Below, in pieces: positions 39,770 to 48,523 of a stretch of DNA of 64,000 nt. This DNA comes from Candidatus Thorarchaeota archaeon (GTDB lineage Archaea > Asgardarchaeota > Thorarchaeia > Thorarchaeales > Thorarchaeaceae), in assembly GCA_048882045.1 (NCBI GenBank), contig JBHLRZ010000015.1:12540-76539 (forward strand). The letters are read 5' to 3'. Position 1 is the stretch's first letter. Each line of letters begins with the position of its first letter. Below the pieces are notes generated by a model. The model saw only the letters and a program-made list of their open reading frames with translations, made no database searches and was not told the origin of the DNA. A program made the position numbers and the translations under genes.

Positions 39770-40441
39770 ATGACTCGTGGTCTTGAGGATCTTCACATCC
39801 ACACAAACTACTCAGATGGAGAATCTAGTGTTGATAAGATAGTCCGTCGAGCAACATCACTTGGTCTCAAAACAGTAGCCATCACAGACCACTTCTGGCC
39901 ATCCCTAGGGTCTCAGAAAGGTGGAAAGAACATCATTGACCAACGTCGGAGAGAGATTGAATCAGCCAGACTAGATTTTCCAGACATCACGATTCTTGAT
40001 GGAGCAGAGGTCGACATTCAGTCAAATGGAGAGCTCGCACCTGTTGCCGGAGGAATTGATCAGTTCGACCTGATTATTGGTTCATTTCATCACTTTACAG
40101 ACTCGACTCGCTGGGCGTCAGCACTCTCAAAGGCGGTCAGGAAGAAGGAGTTCCAGATCCTCGGACACTGGGACGGATATCTCTCCTCATATAGAGAGGA
40201 GGATGGTGAGATTGCTGCAAGAGCATTATCTGATGCAGGGATTGTAGTCGAACTCAATGGGAGATATCTTATTGAGAATACTGAATTTTTTGAAACTGCG
40301 AAGGAAGCTGGTTGCAGTTTCTCATTAGGAAGTGACTCACATCATGTGAGTACCGTCGGAAAGATAGACCTTCAGTACAGACTCGCTACAAGTATGGACC
40401 TTGGAATCATTGACTCGAATGAACTGGTCCTTAGGAAGTAA
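39770..40441 (+). CDS. PHP-domain phosphoesterase (YcdX/HisK-like)
   Basis: DLHIHT, ITDH, GAE, GH and GSDSH metal ligands. Confidence 0.9.
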   Translation: MTRGLEDLHIHTNYSDGESSVDKIVRRATSLGLKTVAITDHFWPSLGSQKGGKNIIDQRRREIESARLDFPDITILDGAEVDIQSNGELAPVAGGIDQFDLIIGSFHHFTDSTRWASALSKAVRKKEFQILGHWDGYLSSYREEDGEIAARALSDAGIVVELNGRYLIENTEFFETAKEAGCSFSLGSDSHHVSTVGKIDLQYRLATSMDLGIIDSNELVLRK

Positions 40442-40557
40442 TAGATGTTACATTGGGACTTCTTCCATATCAAAGATGTGACAAAGATACCAAACTGCAG
40501 AGTCGGAATGCTTTTCTCTCAGAAATCTTATCCTCAAGTCATTGGAGATGACAAGTC

Positions 40558-40974
40558 ATGGGTGACAAATTCACTTTCCCCTCTGATGAGTGGATTGAAC
40601 TTTACATGGAACTACTGAACAAGAATGATCGATACGAGGATGCAGCCAAAACATGGGAAGGCGACTTTGTCTTCGAGATCACAGCAGACAACCAGGTGAT
40701 AGAAGAACCGATCAGGTTCTACATGGACCTCTGGCACGGAAAGTGCAGAGAAGCAAGAATGGCTGGACCTGATGACACCGCAGAATTCACCTATTCTGGG
40801 CCCTACAAGAACTGGAAACTGCTGTTTGAGGGGAAGATAGATCCGATCAAAGGCATCATGGCAAGAAAGTTCAAGCTAGACGGAGACATGGGGAAGGTCA
40901 TGCGATACACAAAAGCAGCGCTAGAGCTCGTTGCTACAACCAGAGAGGTCCCTACGAAATATCTTGACGAATGA
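40558..40974 (+). CDS. SCP2 sterol/lipid-binding domain protein
   Basis: 'FPSDEW...WEGDF...DLWHGKC...W..L..GKIDPIKGIM..KFKLDGDM.KVMRY'. Confidence 0.88.
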   Translation: MGDKFTFPSDEWIELYMELLNKNDRYEDAAKTWEGDFVFEITADNQVIEEPIRFYMDLWHGKCREARMAGPDDTAEFTYSGPYKNWKLLFEGKIDPIKGIMARKFKLDGDMGKVMRYTKAALELVATTREVPTKYLDE

Positions 40975-41013
40975 CTCTAAGTCAACCCCTAACAATAGGA
41001 GAGCCACATTGAA

Positions 41014-42066
41014 ATGTGGTGGAAAAGGAGCGGTTCAAAGAAGTATCCAGGACCTAGTTGTGCAGTCTGGGAAATAACTCTTGCATGCAATCTGAATTGT
41101 ATACACTGCGGTTCCGCTGCAGGGAAGAAACGGGATGACGAACTGTCAATTGAAGAGGCTCTGAAACTCTGTGAAGACCTTCGTGGTATAGGTTGTCAGG
41201 GTGTCGCTCTGATGGGTGGTGAGCCTTTGCTCAGACCTGACTGGATTGAAATCTCTCAACGAGTCCATGAGTTAGACATGGATCTATCAATAATTACTAA
41301 CGGATGGCTCGGACAAGATGAAAAGACAACTCAGAAGATTGTGGAACTCGCTCCAGAATGTGTCACAATTAGTCTGGATGGCGGAGAGGCTTCTGTCCAT
41401 GACATGATCAGAGGGGTCGAGGGATCTTTTGATCGCGCAACGAAGGCCATTGATAGATACTCAGGTCTTGGACTACCAACTTCTGTGATAACCACAGTGC
41501 ACAAATTGAATCTTAAACAACTAGTGAAGGTCCGGGACCTTCTGAGAGGGAAAGGTGTTGCTTGGCAGATACAAATGGCAACTCCATATGGGAGATTGGA
41601 GCGTAGACAGGTCCTTTCTCAGGAGGAGTACTACTCGGTTGCATTATTCATCGCTGCTACTAGGAAACGATTTTCCAAGGAAATCATGGTAGCAGGAGCC
41701 CATGACATGGGTTATTTCTCACCCATTCTTCCTGAGCTTCAAGTGAAGGAGTGGCAAGGATGTCAGGCGGGCATCTCCACACTAGGGATACAGAGTAATG
41801 GGAATGTGCTTGGTTGTCTAGCACTCCCTGATGAGTTCATTGAAGGGAACATAAGAAACCGCACTCTCAGTGATATCTGGTATGACGAGAACACCTGCAA
41901 GTATTCTCGCCATTTCAAGAGTAGCGAAATCAAGGCTCATTGTGGAAGATGTGAGTATAAGATGCAGTGTGGAGGGGGGTGTTCAGCTGTATCTGTCAGT
42001 ATGTCAGGGGATCTTCATCAGGACCCATACTGCTGTCGGCACATAGAGCAGTCTATGAAAGCGTGA
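41014..42066 (+). CDS. Radical SAM/SPASM peptide/protein maturase, PlpX (splicease)-like
   Basis: AVWEITLACNLNCIHCGSAAG, GGEPLLRPDW, AWQIQ, MGYF, WQGCQAGISTLGI, GC, GNIR, CGRCEYKMQCGGGC, PYC (complete SPASM Cys set). Confidence 0.85.
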   Translation: MWWKRSGSKKYPGPSCAVWEITLACNLNCIHCGSAAGKKRDDELSIEEALKLCEDLRGIGCQGVALMGGEPLLRPDWIEISQRVHELDMDLSIITNGWLGQDEKTTQKIVELAPECVTISLDGGEASVHDMIRGVEGSFDRATKAIDRYSGLGLPTSVITTVHKLNLKQLVKVRDLLRGKGVAWQIQMATPYGRLERRQVLSQEEYYSVALFIAATRKRFSKEIMVAGAHDMGYFSPILPELQVKEWQGCQAGISTLGIQSNGNVLGCLALPDEFIEGNIRNRTLSDIWYDENTCKYSRHFKSSEIKAHCGRCEYKMQCGGGCSAVSVSMSGDLHQDPYCCRHIEQSMKA

Positions 42067-42109
42067 TTCAAAGTCTTTATCGGAGATTGGGTGTATTAGT
42101 AGATGGGTA

Positions 42110-42568
42110 TTGTCAATGAAGTCGCTTGGTCTAGGAGAATTCGAGTTCATGTTCTGGAGAATCAGGATGCACCTTCCCTCGCGGCTACGAAAGATTTTAG
42201 AAAACGGACTATATTCACAGTTTCTCTCACCGTCACAATTGCAGATGATAGAAACCCTTGGTGAGAACATTGGTCTAGATAAGGAGGAGATCCATGCAGC
42301 GGTTCCCGGTCATTTAGGACCATTCCACGCTGGTGATAGAAGGAGGATGACACTCTTTTCTTATCTAATAGCGATTCTTCTGATTGTTGCTGTTAGTTTG
42401 GTAATTCTGGTGTTTACAGGGAATTATCCTCTAAGTGATCCTAGTACAACCTACACACCTGGAACACGTTACGGGTCCATAAGTCCGAGAGACTTTAATA
42501 CAATACCTCATGAACCACAGTGCTTTTTGGGGAACATGACAGAGTCTTCTGAGGAGATGATTCATTGA
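42110..42568 (+). CDS. Single-TM protein with C-terminal YTPGTRYGSISPRDF motif (candidate rSAM substrate 1)
   Basis: Helical N-terminal domain, RRR + TM, conserved tail; paralog of the next gene. The true start may be downstream (42149 or 42167). Confidence 0.7.
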   Translation: MSMKSLGLGEFEFMFWRIRMHLPSRLRKILENGLYSQFLSPSQLQMIETLGENIGLDKEEIHAAVPGHLGPFHAGDRRRMTLFSYLIAILLIVAVSLVILVFTGNYPLSDPSTTYTPGTRYGSISPRDFNTIPHEPQCFLGNMTESSEEMIH

Positions 42569-42969
42569 TTCGACCTACTCTGCAGTCATTCAGACCAAGG
42601 TTAGTGAGAATGAAACAATTTCTTCCAGGAAGTCTATTTACGTTGCTTGATATACTCACCAAAGAAGATGGCCCAACCAAATCCCAGCTCGAGAGAATCA
42701 AACTCCTGGGGGAAGATATTGGTCTTGGGGAAGACGATGTTTTGACTGCTCTTGAACCATCCTCTGGCCCAATAGGATTTGATAGCCAACGGAGACCAAC
42801 ACTGTATCTGTCCTATATCTTGATACTAATTGTTGTTACAATTGGAGTGCTTGTAGTATGGACAATAGTTGATCCAGAATCATCACCAATCAAGACCTAT
42901 CTTCCTGGGACATTGTATGGAACCATTCGACCCGATGATTTTGCCCAATCAAAGCTTGTGAGGTTCTAG
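42565..42969 (+). CDS. Single-TM protein with C-terminal YLPGTLYGTIRPDDF motif (candidate rSAM substrate 2)
   Basis: Aligns with the previous gene (SQL..I..LGE.IGL....; RR + TM; tail motif); start overlaps the upstream stop. Confidence 0.7.
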   Translation: MIRPTLQSFRPRLVRMKQFLPGSLFTLLDILTKEDGPTKSQLERIKLLGEDIGLGEDDVLTALEPSSGPIGFDSQRRPTLYLSYILILIVVTIGVLVVWTIVDPESSPIKTYLPGTLYGTIRPDDFAQSKLVRF

Positions 42970-42978
42970 GAGAGGCTG

Positions 42979-44292
42979 GTGCCCACTCTGAAATTGAATC
43001 TGGGATGCGGGCTGGTGTACAAGAAAGGCTACATAAATGTGGACGCCTTCGACCATACTATTGCAGATCAAGTGATGTCGATTCTCGATCTTGACTTCAA
43101 TGACAACTACTTCTCTCAGATTGAGTGTATGCAAGTTCTCGAGCATCTAGGTGCTGCTAAGAGCATATACGCCTTAGCTGAGATTTATCGTGTATTGGAG
43201 CCAAATGGATTGTTTGTTCTTGAAACTCCGGATATTGAAACTGCATTCCACTATTTTCTCAAGAACAATGAGTCCAAACGGAAGATTCTGATGAACTGGA
43301 TCTTTGGCCTTGATATTCCAGGAATGTCACATAAGTATGGTTTTCCTAAGGTATTACTGGAACAAGTTTTGAGAGAGGTTGGATTTGCAGATATTAAAAT
43401 CGAGCAGATTAGAAAAGATACTCTGCAACCAACTCTTCGGGCGATATGTACGAAGACAGACTCACAAATCCACCAGTTCTTCACGCACCTCAGAAAAGAT
43501 CTCAACCAGAGAGGAATAGCGGATATGGAAAATCAAGTAGACATAATCGAACTGGAAGAACTTCTTCAGAAGATTCTGAGATTATTACTGAGTGGAAAAA
43601 CACCTGTTGACAGGGAGCAAATCAAACAAGTTCTGGGATTTGCATTTTTGAGTTGTCCAAAGGTTGGTCTAGTGTTATTAGAAATGATGAAAAAACACAA
43701 CCTTGTCAACTCGACGGATATCTATTCGTTTACAAAAATACTTACTGAGTTTGCAACTTTTGACCTCACAATGGTAACGTTACATACTTTTCTAGAGATG
43801 CCTATCATACCAGGTTCACAATCAAATACGTTCGATTTGGTCAAAGCTATGATGATGAAGTCTATTGGTAAAGTCCTCTCAGGAGACATGGAGGTTCTTG
43901 AACAGCTTAGAAACACAGCAGAGTCAATGTCGATTGACATTTCTCTAGATTTCTTCTCGAAGACAATGTTGGAGAATGTTTCAAACAAACAGCTTGCATT
44001 GGGTTCAAAGGCTTTTTCTCTCGGAGAATACGATGATGCAATTGTCCACTACAAAAATTCGGTCAAGTCAAATCGTGATACCTTGTTGGGATTCTGGAAT
44101 CTAGCACGTTTGCACAGTTTGAGAAATGATGAGAAAGAAGCGCTCAAGTTTTACCAAGCTATTGAAAGTCTGATATCTAATCAGCATCCAAAATTGCAAA
44201 GAGCACTACAAGAGAAGTTTAACAGAGAAATCAAGCTGTTGAAAGAGAATCGGTCTGAATCGGTTGCTGAACCTCTGATATCCTTGTATTAG
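42979..44292 (+). CDS. Class I SAM-dependent methyltransferase domain + helical region + C-terminal TPR
   Basis: 'LKLNLGCG..YKKGYINVD', 'VLEHL', 'EIYRVLEPNG...LETPD'; TPR-like 'LGEYDDAIVHYKNSV...FWNLARL'. Confidence 0.8.
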   Translation: MPTLKLNLGCGLVYKKGYINVDAFDHTIADQVMSILDLDFNDNYFSQIECMQVLEHLGAAKSIYALAEIYRVLEPNGLFVLETPDIETAFHYFLKNNESKRKILMNWIFGLDIPGMSHKYGFPKVLLEQVLREVGFADIKIEQIRKDTLQPTLRAICTKTDSQIHQFFTHLRKDLNQRGIADMENQVDIIELEELLQKILRLLLSGKTPVDREQIKQVLGFAFLSCPKVGLVLLEMMKKHNLVNSTDIYSFTKILTEFATFDLTMVTLHTFLEMPIIPGSQSNTFDLVKAMMMKSIGKVLSGDMEVLEQLRNTAESMSIDISLDFFSKTMLENVSNKQLALGSKAFSLGEYDDAIVHYKNSVKSNRDTLLGFWNLARLHSLRNDEKEALKFYQAIESLISNQHPKLQRALQEKFNREIKLLKENRSESVAEPLISLY

Positions 44293-44339
44293 ATATTACA
44301 AACGCAGACTTAAATCGCAGACTGTAAAGAGTAAGGAAT

Positions 44340-45431
44340 ATGTCCCTCATTCACACAGAACTTTGCGACATCATTGGCATCAAACACCCTATACTTCAGG
44401 GAGGTATGGGACCGTACAAGACTGAGTCGTTGTCGATAGCTGTTGCAAACGCTGGAGCACTTGGAATCATAAGCTGTATTGGGATGGCAGCCACGCTTCT
44501 ACCCGAGGCTGCTCCTCTTGATGCAGAGAGAATCTTCGGATCGGATCCTCCTGCGGTCATTCTACAAAAGTCGATTGAAGCTGTCACCAAAGAAACGAGG
44601 TCATCAAAGGGAATCTTTGGCGTGAATGTGCCAGTAGCTGCAGAGTTCATACTAGCTTCCAAGATGTTTGTAGAGCAGACTATTGAGTCATGTAAAGCAG
44701 ACTCGGACACAGAACGAGCCCTGAGAGTTGTTGTCACTTCAGCCGGAAACCCAAAACCCTGGTCAGTTCTCAAGGATGAAGGTTTCATCTGGATACATGT
44801 TGTACCTTCGGTTTATCATGCAAAGAAGGCTGAAGCTGCTGGAGCCGATGTCATCGTGGCTTCTGGTCATGAGGGCGGAGCACATGTCAGTTGGGACCCA
44901 GTCCATTCAATGGTCCTCGTACCGGCAGTGGCAAAGGCTGTGAAGACACCAGTGGTTGGTGCTGGCGGCTTCTGTGATGGGAAAACACTTGCAGCTGCTC
45001 TTTGTTTGGGAGCTGTTGGCGTTCAGATGGGTACTAGATTCATTGCCACACAGGAGAGCGATTTCGAACCCATGTGGAAGCAGTCGATTTTGAAGCGGGA
45101 GGAGCGTCAGACCCTTGTGGGTCGGGGTCTCTTCGGACCAATGAGGTTCCTCAGGAACCGGAGGGCTGAAGAAATCGTCGAGCAGACTCTTCAAGACCTG
45201 CCTAATTTCTATCTTGGCGAACCTCTTGATTCGAATGAGAAAATCTTGGAACTTGAACGAACAGGATTTGTAGACCTCATGGATGAGAAAGAGGAAAGTG
45301 CCCTCATGTTTGGTGGAGAGGTAGCTGGTCGTATCGAAAACCTACCAACTGCAAAGGAGCTGATCGATAGTATGGTTGCAGAGGCTTCTGAGGTCCTTGG
45401 AAACGTGCCAAAATTCATTGCAGACAAATGA
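44340..45431 (+). CDS. Nitronate monooxygenase / FabK-like FMN oxidoreductase
   Basis: 'HPILQGGMG', 'GHEGGAH', 'PVVGAGG', 'GVQMGTRF'. Confidence 0.88.
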   Translation: MSLIHTELCDIIGIKHPILQGGMGPYKTESLSIAVANAGALGIISCIGMAATLLPEAAPLDAERIFGSDPPAVILQKSIEAVTKETRSSKGIFGVNVPVAAEFILASKMFVEQTIESCKADSDTERALRVVVTSAGNPKPWSVLKDEGFIWIHVVPSVYHAKKAEAAGADVIVASGHEGGAHVSWDPVHSMVLVPAVAKAVKTPVVGAGGFCDGKTLAAALCLGAVGVQMGTRFIATQESDFEPMWKQSILKREERQTLVGRGLFGPMRFLRNRRAEEIVEQTLQDLPNFYLGEPLDSNEKILELERTGFVDLMDEKEESALMFGGEVAGRIENLPTAKELIDSMVAEASEVLGNVPKFIADK

Positions 45432-45507
45432 GAACCATCCGTGCGAGGAAATAAAGGGGCCCGCGCTATGTGGAATAGTGCATACGGTACTCCGAGGAGA
45501 GATGGGA

Positions 45508-46689
45508 ATGGTCTGGTGGTTCTATGTTCCAAACATTGTGTTCGGAGAAGATGCTCTAACTGAGCTTGAAACGATTGACGGAACGAAAGCGTTCATTGTC
45601 ACTGACAAGGTGATCAACAGCCTAGGTCTGGCCGAAAGAGTTTGTTCGATGTTGACGAGTAGGATGTGGGAGGCTGCAATATGGGATGGTGCAGTTCCTG
45701 ATCCCAAGGTGTCTACAGTTAATGAAGCAGCAGACGCGATGAAACGGTTTGGTGCTGATTGGATAATCGCCATAGGCGGTGGAAGTGTAATGGACACAGC
45801 AAAGGCTGCTTGGGTCCTGTATGAGAAGCCAGACGTAGAGCTACATGCACTAACACCTTTTGACGAGCTGGGTCTGAGAGCCAAAGCAAGGCTCATCTGT
45901 ATTCCCACCACTACAGGTACGGGCTCGGAAGCAACAAAGGCAATTGTAATTCGAGATGATGAAACAGGAAGAAAGTTTGCGACAATCAATCCTGAATTGA
46001 CTCCGGATATAGCAATCCTAGACCCTGAGTTTGTAGTCGGGCTGCCAAAGGACATGACCGCCTACACAGGGATGGACGCCTTGACTCATGCTGTTGAAGG
46101 TTATGTTTCTGTCTGGAAGAACGACTTCTCTGATGGGTGCTCACTACAGGCTGTAAGGATGATATTTGAATGGCTTCCCAAATCCGTTGAAGACCTGTCA
46201 AATCTTGAGATTCGTGAGAAGATGCAGATTGCAGCCTGTCTTGCAGGTATGTCCTTTGGGAATTCTCAAGCCGCACTGGCCCATTCACTCGGGCATAGCA
46301 TGGGATCAGTACTTCGAACTCAGCACGGAATGTCAGTGGGAATGGCCCTCCCATATACTATTGAATTCAACTGTAGAGGGAAAGAGAACGAAGAAGCTGC
46401 AAGACAGTACATGGAATTAGCAAGGATGATAGGAATATCAGGTAGGAAACCTGAAACAGTGTCTCTCAAGTTTGCAGTGTCAATTAGAGAACTGATGTCG
46501 CAGATTGGAACTCCGCGGAGTTTCAAGGAAGCGGGTATCAAGAAGAAGGACTTCAATGCGGCTCTCGAGAATATGGTGGACTTTGCTATGATGGACACAA
46601 GTCTGACGATGAATCCTCGCAACATTGACAGTGAAGGTATTCGCAAGATGTACAAGTATATGTATGATGGAACCGTGATTGACTTCTAA
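45508..46689 (+). CDS. Iron-containing alcohol dehydrogenase
   Basis: GGGSVMD, PTTTGTGSE, GMDALTHAVE, HSLGH, HG; start set after the GAGGAG SD. Confidence 0.92.
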   Translation: MVWWFYVPNIVFGEDALTELETIDGTKAFIVTDKVINSLGLAERVCSMLTSRMWEAAIWDGAVPDPKVSTVNEAADAMKRFGADWIIAIGGGSVMDTAKAAWVLYEKPDVELHALTPFDELGLRAKARLICIPTTTGTGSEATKAIVIRDDETGRKFATINPELTPDIAILDPEFVVGLPKDMTAYTGMDALTHAVEGYVSVWKNDFSDGCSLQAVRMIFEWLPKSVEDLSNLEIREKMQIAACLAGMSFGNSQAALAHSLGHSMGSVLRTQHGMSVGMALPYTIEFNCRGKENEEAARQYMELARMIGISGRKPETVSLKFAVSIRELMSQIGTPRSFKEAGIKKKDFNAALENMVDFAMMDTSLTMNPRNIDSEGIRKMYKYMYDGTVIDF

Positions 46690-48523
46690 AGGGGGAGAGA
46701 CATTGAAGGGATATCGAGGAAAGATTCTGAGAGTAGATCTTAGTGCTGGATCAACATCAGTTACTGCCACAGACGAGAAGATACTCAGGGATTTTATTGG
46801 AGGTGCAGGTCTTGGAGCTCGTCTTTTGTATGACATGATTGATAGTGATACAGATCCACTCAGTCCTGAGAATCCATTGTTGTACCTCACCGGTCCACTG
46901 TGTGGCACCATGGCTCCCACAGGTAGTAAGTCAACTTTCTGTTCAAGGTCGCCAAAGACAGGTATTTTCGGTTACAGCACCGTTGGAGGACATCTTGGTG
47001 CAGACCTGAAGTTTGCGGGTTATGATGGAATAGTCTTCACTGGTGCTGCAGAGAAACCGTCATATCTTCTGATCGAGAATTCCGACGTGGAGATCAGGGA
47101 TGCAAAACATCTGTGGGGGAAGAATACAGAACAAGTATGGGAGGAACTGAAGAAAGAAACAGGCCATAGGAATGCAGGGATTGCTCGTATTGGTATTGCG
47201 GGTGAAAACCTTGTCAAATATGCCAACATCATCGTGGACCACAACAGAGCAGCAGGAAGGACTGGACAAGGGGCAGTGATGGGCTCCAAGAAACTGAAGG
47301 CCATAGTGATCCATGGAACAGACCGGAAAGTTCCGGTGGCTGACGAGGAAGGACTGAGAGAGTATGCTTCAGAATTGAATGAGGACAAGAAGGAAGACCC
47401 AACATTCCGGATGTATTCTGATCTCGGTACAGCAGGATTTACTGACATGGCCAGTATGATGTGGGGCTCACTCCCTGCAGGATACTATACGGTGCCTGAT
47501 TTCGACACCTACAATCTGAGCGGTACGACTGTCCGTGAAACAATTCTAGTTGGTAAATCAGCATGCTACAGATGTCCTATTGGTTGTGGAAGAGTAGTGA
47601 CGATTCCTGAGGGCAAATACAAGATGGAAAAGTACGCAGGTCCTGAGCTTGAAGTAACAGGAACCATGGGATCGCTCATCTTGAATAACAATGTTGAATC
47701 TGTAGCATATGCGAACAGGATACTCAATCAGCTTGGGATTGATACAATTTCTGGAGGAAACACAATCGCATTAGCATATTACCTGTTCAAAGAAGGGAAG
47801 GTATCAGCAAATGACCTCGACGGGATTTCGCCAGAATGGGGAGAGATCGATTCAGCAGTAACCTTCGCGAAGAAGATAGCAAAACGAGAGGGCATAGGAG
47901 AATTGATGGCTGAGGGTGCTACAGCGCTTGGAGAGAGGTTTGGTGCTGCAGAACTCGCAGTCCAGACTAATGGTCTGGAGTTTCCAATGCATGACCCTCG
48001 AGGATTCTCTGGACATGCAATTGGATATGCAACATCACCACGTGGAGCATGTCATATGTCTGCAGACATGTACAATGTTCAGATGGGACAACCAAACGTG
48101 GCATTCAATATCGAGAGCGAAGACAGATTCGCAAACGAAGCGGACTTGGTTGCCAGACTACAGAACTTCAGAGCCCTAACGAACTCATCCGTTCTTTGCA
48201 ACTTCTATCCAGCAGATGGAGACCAGCTACTAAAACTGCTCCAACTGACAACTGGGTGGGACATCACTATAGAGGAACTAGTCCAGACGGGTGAGAAAAT
48301 TTTCACCATGATGCGACTTCTGAACCTAAAACTTGGATATGACTCAAAGAACGAGGGTCTTCCAGAACTCGTTCTGAGACCTCTGGAAGGCGCAACCGAG
48401 GAGCATGTTCCTGACATAGAAGCGCAGCTAAACACATGGTATGAGTACAGAGGTTGGGACAGAAAATCAGGAAGACCTCCTGTGGACAAGCTGAAGTCAC
48501 TGGGAATGGACGACTTCACCTGA
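46679..48523 (+). CDS. aor: Tungsten-dependent aldehyde:ferredoxin oxidoreductase family
   Basis: 'GKILRVDLS', 'GRTGQGAVMGSKKLKAI', 'CYRCPIGC', 'GIDTISGG', 'DPRG', 'RGACH'. Confidence 0.92.
   Translation: MTSKGGETLKGYRGKILRVDLSAGSTSVTATDEKILRDFIGGAGLGARLLYDMIDSDTDPLSPENPLLYLTGPLCGTMAPTGSKSTFCSRSPKTGIFGYSTVGGHLGADLKFAGYDGIVFTGAAEKPSYLLIENSDVEIRDAKHLWGKNTEQVWEELKKETGHRNAGIARIGIAGENLVKYANIIVDHNRAAGRTGQGAVMGSKKLKAIVIHGTDRKVPVADEEGLREYASELNEDKKEDPTFRMYSDLGTAGFTDMASMMWGSLPAGYYTVPDFDTYNLSGTTVRETILVGKSACYRCPIGCGRVVTIPEGKYKMEKYAGPELEVTGTMGSLILNNNVESVAYANRILNQLGIDTISGGNTIALAYYLFKEGKVSANDLDGISPEWGEIDSAVTFAKKIAKREGIGELMAEGATALGERFGAAELAVQTNGLEFPMHDPRGFSGHAIGYATSPRGACHMSADMYNVQMGQPNVAFNIESEDRFANEADLVARLQNFRALTNSSVLCNFYPADGDQLLKLLQLTTGWDITIEELVQTGEKIFTMMRLLNLKLGYDSKNEGLPELVLRPLEGATEEHVPDIEAQLNTWYEYRGWDRKSGRPPVDKLKSLGMDDFT

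Noticed and set aside
42967-42981. The TAG stop of 42565..42969 is in frame with the downstream methyltransferase (possible pyrrolysine or readthrough fusion)
   Set aside because: A GGAG SD precedes the GTG at 42979, the paralog ends independently, and a fusion would put a cytosolic enzyme after the TM tail.
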